Positions 17,513-26,040 of a stretch of DNA of 64,000 bases are shown here, in pieces. This stretch comes from a virus, in the IMG/VR virus record IMGVR_UViG_3300042876_000344; one strand, given 5' to 3'. Every line of letters begins with the position of its first letter. Within the stretch, counting starts at the first letter, position 1. A model generated the notes under the pieces. The model was given only the letters and a program-made list of their open reading frames with translations, was not told the DNA's origin and ran no database searches. The position numbers were made by a program, and so were the translations under genes.

Positions 17513-17561
17513 TCGTGTGGCTCCAAGTTAATATTTGGGCGGATGACTGCCGCCCGTTATG

Positions 17562-17855
17562 TCACTGCCGCGGCTCAGTCGTAGTCGTCGTTGACGTTGG
17601 CGTGGTGACCGTCGTTGTGGTGACTGCGCCGTCGCCCCATTCGAGGCGGGGCAGTGGAGACTGCTTGACGTAGGTAGCGAAGTGGTAGAGGCTGGACAAC
17701 GCCAGCATCTGCAGCATGTGCGGCAACCCCTTCGGGTCGAGGTTGAATTCGCCCGGGGCGATGAGCCATGCGGAGAGCGTGGTGGCGATACCTCCGATAA
17801 GGGCGCCGACCAACCCATAAATCCAGCCAATCAGCTTTTTCTGGTTGTTTGTCAT
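17562..17855 (-). CDS. putative holin (two hydrophobic helices, Thr-rich tail)
   Basis: LIGWIYGLVGALIGGIATTLSAWLIA and LQMLALSSLYHFATYV. Lies close to the endolysin. Confidence 0.45.
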   Translation of the reverse strand: MTNNQKKLIGWIYGLVGALIGGIATTLSAWLIAPGEFNLDPKGLPHMLQMLALSSLYHFATYVKQSPLPRLEWGDGAVTTTTVTTPTSTTTTTEPRQ

Positions 17856-17864
17856 CGTGTCCTT

Positions 17865-18110
17865 TCAGGTGGGCGGCGCCGTTGCTCTCGCCGCATTGAT
17901 CTCCGCGCGGATCTGCGCGCTGATTGCCAGGGCCTCGTCCGACGCCTTGATGGCGTTGTCGTCAATCTCCAGGATGGCAATCGGGAAATCCGGAGCTTGC
18001 TTCTTGATGAGGTTGTAGATCGTGCGCGCGGCCGTCGCTTCAATGGAAATCATCGGGATGCTCTGCCCGATCTGAAACGTCATCTGGAGGATTTTGTCGA
18101 TGGTGCTCAT
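17865..18110 (-). CDS. hypothetical 81-aa protein
   Basis: ATG 18110 overlaps upstream stop (ATGA). MSTIDKILQMTFQIGQSIPMISIEATAARTIYNLIKK... It is the tail of track ORF 17865..18494. Confidence 0.5.
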   Translation of the reverse strand: MSTIDKILQMTFQIGQSIPMISIEATAARTIYNLIKKQAPDFPIAILEIDDNAIKASDEALAISAQIRAEINAARATAPPT

Positions 18111-18517
18111 CGTGCCTCCAGGATCATGGTCAGCGTTGAGGTCACGCCCGCGACCAGCCCCGCAACGGTGGGACTGCTGTACTCGGGGGGGAGACCCAAC
18201 GATTTGATAAGCCCTTGGACCGCGGCGATTTTCGTAGTCGGGTCGCCGGAGCGTTGCAGGATGGCGATTGCGGCCTTCTGGGCGGCCGCCACGCGGTCGG
18301 TCCAGTCCAGGATGCTCAGCACCATGGCATCGCTGATCTGCCCGTCCTTGCGGGCCTGGGCCACGCGCTTGACCGCCGCCAGGTTCACCTCGGCCAGAAT
18401 CCCGATTCCCTGGTGGACTCGGAACTCGACGGATTGCGGCGGTGCAGGGGTGCCGGGCGCGGGCTTGTTCCCGCACCCGACAATGAAGAGGCACAGCGCG
18501 ACGAGGAGGGTTCGCAT
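18107..18517 (-). CDS. lipoprotein (lipobox IVGC)
   Basis: MRTLLVALCLFIVGCGNKPAPG is a classic signal II/lipobox. Confidence 0.65.
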   Translation of the reverse strand: MRTLLVALCLFIVGCGNKPAPGTPAPPQSVEFRVHQGIGILAEVNLAAVKRVAQARKDGQISDAMVLSILDWTDRVAAAQKAAIAILQRSGDPTTKIAAVQGLIKSLGLPPEYSSPTVAGLVAGVTSTLTMILEAR

Positions 18518-19197
18518 TACTTCACCACCCTCCAGCCCCAGGCTTCCTTCAGGTGCTTGACTCCCTTGGAGTCGGTGAAGATATCGCCCACGGCATAGCC
18601 GTCGGGCTGGGTCCTCAGTTCATGCTGCGCGGCGCTGATCCCGGAAACGCGCCCCAAGGGGCCTTCGCCCTCGGGGGTGGGCGCCTGCGTCGACACGGGG
18701 GCGGGGGGTGTGGGCGGGATCTCTGCGGCCGGGACCGGACCGGGGGCGGGGCGGGGAACTTCCAGTTCGTCTATCAGGTCCAGGTCGGACTCTACCGATA
18801 CGCCGGCGCCGGCGTGGTAGTAGCGGTCGACGATGCCGGCAGCGTTCAATCGGCGCCCGTTGGGCAGGACCACGGAATAGGTCAGCTTGTCGGCGTAGTA
18901 GATTCCACCTTCGATCCCACGGACAGCCTCAAGGGTGGCGCCGGGAACGAACAATTGGACCAAGCGGAGAGCTTCCTGCGCGCCGGAGGGGCTCGCGCTC
19001 TGTTTCGGGTTGACGTAATGGTTCACTTGCCCGTTCGTCGTGTTGTACACCGCGATGGCGTCAAACAACGCGTAATAGTCTGGGACGAAGGTGTAATCCG
19101 GCTCCGTTCCTTTCGGATGGAAATACGGGTTGTGTGCGGCTGGGCCAGCGTATCCCCAGTCATTGGGGAGGGGTGAGTTTCTGAGGGCGATATTCAT
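18517..19197 (-). CDS. hypothetical protein with Pro-rich linker
   Basis: Track ORF, coupled to the flanking genes by 1-4 nt overlaps. Confidence 0.55.
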   Translation of the reverse strand: MNIALRNSPLPNDWGYAGPAAHNPYFHPKGTEPDYTFVPDYYALFDAIAVYNTTNGQVNHYVNPKQSASPSGAQEALRLVQLFVPGATLEAVRGIEGGIYYADKLTYSVVLPNGRRLNAAGIVDRYYHAGAGVSVESDLDLIDELEVPRPAPGPVPAAEIPPTPPAPVSTQAPTPEGEGPLGRVSGISAAQHELRTQPDGYAVGDIFTDSKGVKHLKEAWGWRVVK

Positions 19198-19739
19198 TCA
19201 GGCAATCCTTTCGACTGGGCCCATGCGCGATAATCCGCATCTCTGGGCCACACGAGAGACGGACATTCGGTTGCCCGCACCTGACGGTGCAGGAGGATTT
19301 TCGTAATCGGGTGCCGCGCCATGATCCAGCGGATGACGGCAATCAGGGTTTCATCCTGTTCTTGGGTGAGCCCTTCCTTCTCGCCCTGGGGCAATGGGCG
19401 ATAGGCTTCAATTTCAATCCCGATGGAGGAGTGGTTGATGTCGCGGTTGCCAGCATGCCAGGCAGCATCCTTTTCGTCGACGCATTGGATAACGGCGCCG
19501 CCCCTGGTGATAACGTAGTGCGCGCTGACCTGTGATTTCGCATCCTGGAACCACTTCACCGCGCCCGCTGCCTTGCCAGACGTGTTGTGCAGCACGATGG
19601 CAGAGATCTCTTTTTCGCGCGGCGACCGATTGGGCGACCGCGCGAATGAGATCGCAAAGTGCAGCGCATTATCCAAGGTACGGCCTCGAAACGACGAAGA
19701 AACTCCGGTCGGCCGTCTGGACAACCGGCGACGTCCCAT
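19194..19739 (-). CDS. N-acetylmuramoyl-L-alanine amidase (Amidase_2/PGRP-type) endolysin
   Basis: AIVLHNTSG..VSAHYVITRGGAVIQCVDEKDAAWHAG..NHSSIGIEIE...RHPITKILLHRQVRATECP is the T7-lysozyme/PGRP amidase pattern. ATG 19739, with an alternative TTG 19687 (GAGG 7 nt upstream). Confidence 0.85.
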   Translation of the reverse strand: MGRRRLSRRPTGVSSSFRGRTLDNALHFAISFARSPNRSPREKEISAIVLHNTSGKAAGAVKWFQDAKSQVSAHYVITRGGAVIQCVDEKDAAWHAGNRDINHSSIGIEIEAYRPLPQGEKEGLTQEQDETLIAVIRWIMARHPITKILLHRQVRATECPSLVWPRDADYRAWAQSKGLPE

Positions 19740-20073
19740 CGTGCGAGATGAGTTGGATGAACCGGCCGGCGGCGAAATCGCCTCCAACCAGCGTCATGAA
19801 GCTGCTCGCCGGGCCGGCAGTGTACTCGACAGGAGCCCCGCCGACATCGTAGACGGGCGCCCATCCAGCGTCGTTGTAGGCTGGCACGTCGTTGGGATAG
19901 GCGAGCCCGCGGCCGTGGTGGACGTTGAGCCTGATCTTGGTCGCTCCCGCATCCCAGGCGGCGGGCATGAAGATGCCGACCAGCGCCTGCCCGTGGAGGG
20001 GGATCGGCTGGCTCACAGACCGGCCAGAAACGAAGCTGGCCGGAATCTCCTGCTGTTGGTAAAACTCGCTCAT
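19669..20073 (-). CDS. hypothetical virion-module protein
   Basis: AAGGAGA SD 8 nt before ATG 20073. Track ORF. Confidence 0.6.
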   Translation of the reverse strand: MSEFYQQQEIPASFVSGRSVSQPIPLHGQALVGIFMPAAWDAGATKIRLNVHHGRGLAYPNDVPAYNDAGWAPVYDVGGAPVEYTAGPASSFMTLVGGDFAAGRFIQLISHDGTSPVVQTADRSFFVVSRPYLG

Positions 20074-23000
20074 TCAGGTAGTCTCCTTAGGAATTCTTTC
20101 ATGATTTCGACCTTGCGTTCTGGGGTAGCCGTGCGGATTGACTTTCCGCCCTCAGCCTTGATGACAGATTGGCGTGCCTGGTTTGCCGCGGAGTTGATGG
20201 CCCTCTTCTTCTGCTGCTCATCGAACGCATCAAATGCCGGGTTCGCCCTGATTCGCTTGATAGCCGCCCGCGCTGCCTTTTCCTGCGCCTCGCGCCGGAG
20301 GGTGTAGTAGGAATTCTCCTGCGCACCGCCGGCGGCAGACGTGAATCTCTTCAGCACCGCGGTGGGCAGCGTCTCTCCGCCGATCTCTTCGGGCTTGATC
20401 GCGCCCGCCGCTGCCGCTGCTGTGTCGGCGAGGTTCAGCAGTTGCGGCGTCCAGCCCCCGAGCGTGGATTTCACGAACTGCTCCACCTTGATGGGAGGAG
20501 CGTTCAGTGCGCCGGCCAGCTTCTTCATCGTCCCGCTGGTATTCGGCGCCACCTGCTCCTCCACCGGCAGGTCCTGCAGCCGCTGGTTCACGATGGGCTT
20601 CTGGCGGAAGGTGTCGAAGTTCGTTGCGTACTCTGTCGACGGCTTCGCGGCCTGCGGCAGGAGCCCCGCCCACATCCCGCGCGGGCTTGGATCGAACGGC
20701 AACACGGACCCGGCAATCGGCCGTGCCACGTCCTGCAGCGGGTTCACCTTCTCCCCGCCCATCTGCGCTTCAATGGCGCGCCGAACAGGAGTGGCGATGG
20801 CGCCGATATCCGGAGCCATTTTCATTTTGAACACGCCATCGTACCGGCCGGTCTTTTCGTTCTTCACCGCGCCCGGCGCGATGTAGATCATGTACCCCTC
20901 TTTTTCGTATTCGGGGATATCCCTGTAGATGGCCCTGCGCTTTTCGTCGTACATATTGGCGACGGTGAGCATCGCCATGGGAGCATACACCCCCACCATG
21001 ATCTTCGTTGCGGTCTGGACGGGCCGATCCTGGAATGCTGACACGAACGACCTGGCGCCCTGGACGCGGGCGTTCAGGTAGAGGATGGCACCGCCTAGGC
21101 CGTTGGTGACATCGCCATGCCGCCGATAGTTTGGGAGCTCATTATTGGCCGCATGGACGCCGGCGGCCTCAGCTTCAGCCGGAGTTGCCCCCCGCCGGAG
21201 ATTCGCCCGCTCTGTCCCGAGGAACAGACGCGCCCGGCCAAACTGCTCGCCCCGGTTGTTGAAGTCCTCAATCGCGCGGATCAGACCGGCGGCGCGCTTT
21301 ACGGGGATGCCGACAGCCCACTTGACCTTGTTGCCCTTGAACCCTTCGGCGTCGACCAAGTGCTTGGCGTAGTCCTTGGCACTGCGAAACTTCCGCATGC
21401 CGCCGACAGTCTGCGGCATCGTCTCACGGAACAGGTCCAGCGAAGTGAACCCGGCCCCGGTTTTCTCGATTCGGCTCCAGGTCTGGTTATGGAAGTAGGC
21501 CGCGGCGAACGCCTGCCCAAACACCTTCGGGTTTAGGGACGTGTCCCGGTATTCCTTCGAATTCACCAGGGTGGTGAACCAGTCTCCCACCGGGTTAGCA
21601 AAACCGAATGCGATGTTCGCCCCCGTCGTGCCCATCCGCGCCAAGCGCGCCGGCCCGTTCATGATGAGAGCCAGGGTCTTGTTCATCTGCTGGGCGTTGA
21701 GACATTTCGCCGCCGCCGCGATCTCCGGCGTGGTCTGGATGACGACCTTCTTGCCGTCGCGCAGATAGGTGAACGACGTTTTCGAGTCTGCCTCGCTGAC
21801 CTCCTGCAGGAGCCCCTGCATTCCCGGCTTGTTGGCGTAGCTGGCCAGGAGCGCCGCCGCCTTGTTTTTCTCGCCCTGCTCGAATGCCTTCCGGGTCCTA
21901 TCAAGCATCGTCTCAAGCGGGTTTTCGATGGCGCGCTCACTGCCGACACGCTTCTGGTAGACGCTCTGGGCGGAGAGGGATGCCGTCGCCTTCGTGCCAG
22001 ACATGTTGGCGGATGCGTCTTCAATGGCGCCCATAATGCGGCTGAGAGGAACATGCTCTGTGCCGTATTGCTGCCGCCAGACGCCGGCGATCTGCTGGCT
22101 CACCAGCCCTGACTTGACGCTATAATCCAGGAGCCTGTCACCAGCCAGCCCCACCTCTTTGGCGAGTTGCCCGTAGGTGATGCCGGATTCATTGGCCGGC
22201 ATGTTCACATACTTGTTGTAAATTGCCTTCGCTCCGGCCAGGTCAACGCCGGTAGCCCGGTCTTTGCCCTGCGACTCGCGGATGGCTTCCTTGGCCACAA
22301 GGAAATCGTTGAGGGCCTGGTAGTCGTCCGCGGCCTGAATCGCGCGCATGAGCCCGCCGTCGCGGATCTCGCGCTCTGCAAGCTCACGGCTGCCGAGCGA
22401 TCGGTCGGCAGCGTTGCTGAAGTCCCGGCGCGATGAATCGTTGTTCTTCGCGAGCACGTCGAGGATCGGGGAGAGGTTGTCGACGAACTCCGCCTTCCGC
22501 TTGGTGAGTTTCTCTAGGAGCGAGTACTCCTTGCCCTTGCGCGCCGCTTCCCGCTTGGCCGCGAGGGTTGCCCGCGCCTGCTCTGCCGCGTCCATCGGCG
22601 GTGCCGGCTGCTTGCCTGGGATCGTGAGGAAGCCGCCCTGGTCGGCTAGGCGGCGGGGGGAGACTCCAGAGGGGGCGTCGAAGAGTCCGGGACCTTCTGA
22701 CGGACCACTGGCCACTCCTCCGCCAGGCTCCGCAGGAACGCCGCCTTCTCCTCCGCGGACAGCCTTGGATACCTCGGCTCTGACGATTCCGTAGAGTTGA
22801 TCTGCGACCTGTTTGCGGGGCTTTCCATCGGCAACCTCTCGGGCTGCCTGGGCGATGGCGTCGGCGATTGGACCGGATTTATCCTGGAGGGCATCGAATA
22901 CTCCCAGCGCCTCGCCAGCTTCTCCAGCGATCTGCGCGTTTCGTTCCGCCTCTATTTTATTCCCAGCGCCGGCCAAACGCGAGGCCGCGTTTTCGTTGCC

Positions 23001-26000
23001 GACGACGGAGAACAACCGCTTCTCTTGACCGAGCCGCGCCTTGATGTCGGCGACAAGGTGCGCTTCTTCGTTGAAGAGGCTCTCCTCGTAGGCATTCGTC
23101 CCGAACAGGGATTCCTGCTCAACCTGCTTGGATCCAGCCTTGCCTGCCCGGCGAACGACCTCTTCCAGCGCACCCTCTCGCATATTGGGATGGCCAGCCA
23201 TGAACTTCGCGACAGCGATCTGCGCCGCCTCGCTGAGGTTGCCCTTGCCGATGATGGCGCCCTGTCGGTGGGTGAGCCCGCCTCGCACAACGTCGTCGAA
23301 CAGCACGCCGGTCAACTTCGAGAGAGCGAGGCCGTCTTCGGCCACCTTCCCCTTCATCGAAATTCCGTTCGCGGCGAGTTCTTCCGGGGTGAGTCCACTG
23401 TCCCTGAATACCTTGGCTGCGTCAACAGCCGTGCCCTTGCCATCACCGATGTTGATGAGCGCGCCCTTCAGCCGGGCCTGTGCTGCGTTGGGGGCATCGA
23501 CATACCGGACAGACATACTGTCCTCGCCGAGGCGTGCGGCCATCTCGTAGCGGTGGTGACCGTTGACAACGTAGGTCTTGCCGTCGGCAGGGTCGCGCCA
23601 GACCGCGATGGTTCCGGCCTTGTCCCTGTCGAACTTCGTGACGCCTTTGTACTCGTCGGTCACACCACCTTTGAGGTAGGCGTCCATCTTGTACTGGAAC
23701 CGCTGCGGGTCGACGTGGAGATCCTCGATCGGAACGCGTATCTCCTTCGGATCGGCAACGACGCGCTGCTGCGCAGGGGCGGCCTGCGCTCCGCCGAGAG
23801 GGATATCCACTTGGCTACCATCTCGCTTGCTAAACGAAATGTGATCCAGTGTAATCTCCTGCCCATCCAGCGCCTTGTTGCCAGCGAACTTCGTGCCCTC
23901 GCCGGGCTTCACGTAGGCCAGCGTTACATGCGGCCGGTATGTCGGATGAGTATCGGTGTGTGGCAGGGCATCCGCGATAGCCTTGTTGATCCGATGAAGA
24001 TCAGGTGATTCAACGTCGACCTTCACGACGTCAGATCCGCTGGCGTTCTTGGCGGGGAAGATACTAGTTTCCCCGAGGCGAGCACGAACCGGATGCTCCC
24101 GCGACAACACTTCGCGTATTTTTTCAATTGCTGCCGGAGAGTCATCATGCAGCCCGTACTTCACGGTGACATGCGGCTGGCTCTCCCTGCCATCTTCCGC
24201 CAGCACGAAATCTGGGATTCTCAGGGATTCCTGCTTTACCTTGTCTGCGACTGGACCAGATAGGTTGGCCTGCGTAGATGCAAATTCGTGCGCAGGGGCG
24301 GCCTGCTCCGCCCCTGCTGGTGCTGCCTTCGGTTGGATCACCTCCTCTCTCGGGGGTTCCGACTTGAGTGCAGGCATGAGATCGTCGACGTGAATTTGAG
24401 CGCTGCCCGGGACGCCTACTGGTTGTAGTCCCTCGCGTCCGGAGGGGGGAATTTCTTGCCGGGATGGTCCTTCTGGAACTGCTCCTTGTTTTTGAAAAAC
24501 TGGACCTGCTTCTCCCGGTGCTGCGCTTGGCTCTGCGACTGGTACGTTCCCAGGTTCTTGCCCTTGCCTGATACCAGCCGGAACTTGTTGCCCACTTTCT
24601 CGATCATTGGGGACCTCCAGGTCGTCGACAGTGAATACTTTCGCGGACTTCAGCGGGGTAGCCGGCTCGAATAGTGGCTTCGCTGGGGCAGGGGGTGCAG
24701 GGGCCTCAACAGCAGGCGGCTGTCGGGTTTCGTTATCTATGAACGTCTGGGCCGCATCCTGCGCTGACCGGGGTGCTTCGAACACGGCAGCGGATTCTGC
24801 GGCCGACTTGAACGGTGTGGCCGGCAGCGCTGTGTCTGGCCGCGCCTGCCAGGAATATTCCCATGGCAGCCTGGTGGAATCTTCGGGGTGAACGTCGGCA
24901 TAGCCCTGCTGATACGCGGCATCTTGGGCGGCCTTGGTGCGGTCGCCGTACCGTTCGAGCAACTGCTCTTTCCTGGATTTAGTAGGCTGGGCTACGGGCT
25001 GTTCTGTTTTCGGAACAGACGGCGGCATAATCTCCACCGGCTGCTCATTCGGTGCCGTCTCGCGTGTTCCGAAGTAATCGCCAGGGCGTTTCGCCTGCGC
25101 CGCGTGCTCCCGCCGCAACTGCTCCAGTTCGATGTTCGCGCGCTGCTCGCCGAGCCGGGCACCCTTGAAGGACGTCCCATTCGCACCGGGTGCAGCCAGC
25201 CCAGCGCCTGTCAGGAAAGCGGCTGCGGTGTCTGTGGGAGATCCGCCACCGATGGCGGTCTCCGCGCCCATCGCTGTGCCCATGCCAGCCATCCTGGTGG
25301 CGGTGCGCGCCGGAGCCATGACGTGCCCTAGGGAGCCGAGCGCGGCACCCTTCGCTCCAGCCAGAGCAGCATGCCCGAATCCCTTGTCGGCTTCAGATGC
25401 GGCGTCGACGGCCGCCATGCCGAGAGGACCACCCAGCACCGCCGTAGCCACGCCATACTTCGCCAGATCGACAGGAGCCTGTCCGATGGCCTCATACAGG
25501 GGCTTCGCCAGCCCCGTGGCCCCCTGCCCTTCGAGTTTGTTCGCCTCTCCCTGGTAGAACTCCTCCACTGGAGTATACGGGTTTGCGTTCTCCGTGCCGG
25601 CTACGTGGTAGGTAGTCGCCCCGCGAAGCCCAAGATTCGCCGCCCGTGATGCGTCGGCGGCGATCTCATCGCGCCACCCCTTGCCAGGCGAGGCAGGAAC
25701 AGAGGAGGGGACAGGCAGATCTGGCGCGACGGCGGGCTTCGACATATAGGGGTTGCCCGCCATGTCGGCGCCCATCTGCGCCAAGTTCCCGCCGAGTTTT
25801 GCCGTCTTCGCGACAGCGCGATTGTAGCCCTGCTGAATCGACCGCGCCGGCCGGATGATGCTCTCGCTGATGAGGTTCATCCCGGTTGCGCCGGGCGTCT
25901 CCTCCATCTTCACCTTCGGAGCGGCGATGCCCTTGAGAGGGATACCGGCCGCTTGCGATGCCTGCTCGTTGAGATCTGGAGGGACCAGATCGTCGACCGA

Positions 26001-26033
26001 AACCACGAGATCATCTACAGAGTATTTGGGCAT
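20070..26033 (-). CDS. giant polyvalent internal-virion/ejection-type protein (2H phosphoesterase + ParB-like nuclease domains)
   Basis: 1987-aa ORF in the gp16-like position after smaller internal proteins. HVTVKYG and HVTLAYV form the two HxT motifs of a 2H/LigT-like domain (about 23799-24281). IRVPIEDLHVDPQRFQYK...YVVNGHHRYEMA is a ParB/Srx-like domain (about 23454-23750). Gly/Ala-rich hydrophobic N-region. Confidence 0.8.
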   Translation of the reverse strand: MPKYSVDDLVVSVDDLVPPDLNEQASQAAGIPLKGIAAPKVKMEETPGATGMNLISESIIRPARSIQQGYNRAVAKTAKLGGNLAQMGADMAGNPYMSKPAVAPDLPVPSSVPASPGKGWRDEIAADASRAANLGLRGATTYHVAGTENANPYTPVEEFYQGEANKLEGQGATGLAKPLYEAIGQAPVDLAKYGVATAVLGGPLGMAAVDAASEADKGFGHAALAGAKGAALGSLGHVMAPARTATRMAGMGTAMGAETAIGGGSPTDTAAAFLTGAGLAAPGANGTSFKGARLGEQRANIELEQLRREHAAQAKRPGDYFGTRETAPNEQPVEIMPPSVPKTEQPVAQPTKSRKEQLLERYGDRTKAAQDAAYQQGYADVHPEDSTRLPWEYSWQARPDTALPATPFKSAAESAAVFEAPRSAQDAAQTFIDNETRQPPAVEAPAPPAPAKPLFEPATPLKSAKVFTVDDLEVPNDRESGQQVPAGIRQGQEPGNVPVAEPSAAPGEAGPVFQKQGAVPEGPSRQEIPPSGREGLQPVGVPGSAQIHVDDLMPALKSEPPREEVIQPKAAPAGAEQAAPAHEFASTQANLSGPVADKVKQESLRIPDFVLAEDGRESQPHVTVKYGLHDDSPAAIEKIREVLSREHPVRARLGETSIFPAKNASGSDVVKVDVESPDLHRINKAIADALPHTDTHPTYRPHVTLAYVKPGEGTKFAGNKALDGQEITLDHISFSKRDGSQVDIPLGGAQAAPAQQRVVADPKEIRVPIEDLHVDPQRFQYKMDAYLKGGVTDEYKGVTKFDRDKAGTIAVWRDPADGKTYVVNGHHRYEMAARLGEDSMSVRYVDAPNAAQARLKGALINIGDGKGTAVDAAKVFRDSGLTPEELAANGISMKGKVAEDGLALSKLTGVLFDDVVRGGLTHRQGAIIGKGNLSEAAQIAVAKFMAGHPNMREGALEEVVRRAGKAGSKQVEQESLFGTNAYEESLFNEEAHLVADIKARLGQEKRLFSVVGNENAASRLAGAGNKIEAERNAQIAGEAGEALGVFDALQDKSGPIADAIAQAAREVADGKPRKQVADQLYGIVRAEVSKAVRGGEGGVPAEPGGGVASGPSEGPGLFDAPSGVSPRRLADQGGFLTIPGKQPAPPMDAAEQARATLAAKREAARKGKEYSLLEKLTKRKAEFVDNLSPILDVLAKNNDSSRRDFSNAADRSLGSRELAEREIRDGGLMRAIQAADDYQALNDFLVAKEAIRESQGKDRATGVDLAGAKAIYNKYVNMPANESGITYGQLAKEVGLAGDRLLDYSVKSGLVSQQIAGVWRQQYGTEHVPLSRIMGAIEDASANMSGTKATASLSAQSVYQKRVGSERAIENPLETMLDRTRKAFEQGEKNKAAALLASYANKPGMQGLLQEVSEADSKTSFTYLRDGKKVVIQTTPEIAAAAKCLNAQQMNKTLALIMNGPARLARMGTTGANIAFGFANPVGDWFTTLVNSKEYRDTSLNPKVFGQAFAAAYFHNQTWSRIEKTGAGFTSLDLFRETMPQTVGGMRKFRSAKDYAKHLVDAEGFKGNKVKWAVGIPVKRAAGLIRAIEDFNNRGEQFGRARLFLGTERANLRRGATPAEAEAAGVHAANNELPNYRRHGDVTNGLGGAILYLNARVQGARSFVSAFQDRPVQTATKIMVGVYAPMAMLTVANMYDEKRRAIYRDIPEYEKEGYMIYIAPGAVKNEKTGRYDGVFKMKMAPDIGAIATPVRRAIEAQMGGEKVNPLQDVARPIAGSVLPFDPSPRGMWAGLLPQAAKPSTEYATNFDTFRQKPIVNQRLQDLPVEEQVAPNTSGTMKKLAGALNAPPIKVEQFVKSTLGGWTPQLLNLADTAAAAAGAIKPEEIGGETLPTAVLKRFTSAAGGAQENSYYTLRREAQEKAARAAIKRIRANPAFDAFDEQQKKRAINSAANQARQSVIKAEGGKSIRTATPERKVEIMKEFLRRLPE
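24378..24404. repeat. imperfect direct repeat flanking the nested-ORF cassette (downstream copy)
   Basis: Minus-strand AGCGCTCAAATTCACGTCGACGATCTC encodes SAQIHVDDL in the giant frame. Confidence 0.75.
24416..24607 (-). CDS. nested 63-aa ORF in the +1 frame of the giant gene
   Basis: GGAGG lies 6 nt before ATG 24607. MIEKVGNKFRLVSGKGKNLGTYQSQSQAQHREKQVQFFKNKEQFQKDHPGKKFPPPDARDYNQ*. 53 of 63 codons end in G/C (hand count), against about 18 of 63 for the giant frame over the same nucleotides. Confidence 0.55.
   Translation of the reverse strand: MIEKVGNKFRLVSGKGKNLGTYQSQSQAQHREKQVQFFKNKEQFQKDHPGKKFPPPDARDYNQ
24618..24647. repeat. imperfect direct repeat flanking the nested-ORF cassette (upstream copy)
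   Basis: Minus-strand TCCGCGAAAGTATTCACTGTCGACGACCTG encodes SAKVFTVDDL. The GTCGAC cores of the two copies are exactly 240 nt apart. Confidence 0.75.
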
Positions 26034-26040
26034 TTATTGC

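Noticed and set aside
17537-17555. Hairpin GGGCGG-7 nt-CCGCCC as an intrinsic terminator inside the late operon
   Set aside because: On the transcribed (minus) strand it is followed by AAATATT rather than a U-run. It is more likely an RNA processing or attenuation structure, or has no function, so it is not annotated as a terminator.
22797-24008. 403-aa + strand ORF and many other 60-290 aa ORFs inside 20070..26033, 27321..29075, 34486..36021 and 59490..60272
   Set aside because: They are antisense or out of frame to long ORFs with real domain motifs, and their translations are low-complexity R/G/A/P-rich. The only embedded ORF with coding-like codon bias and an SD is 24416..24607, which is reported separately.
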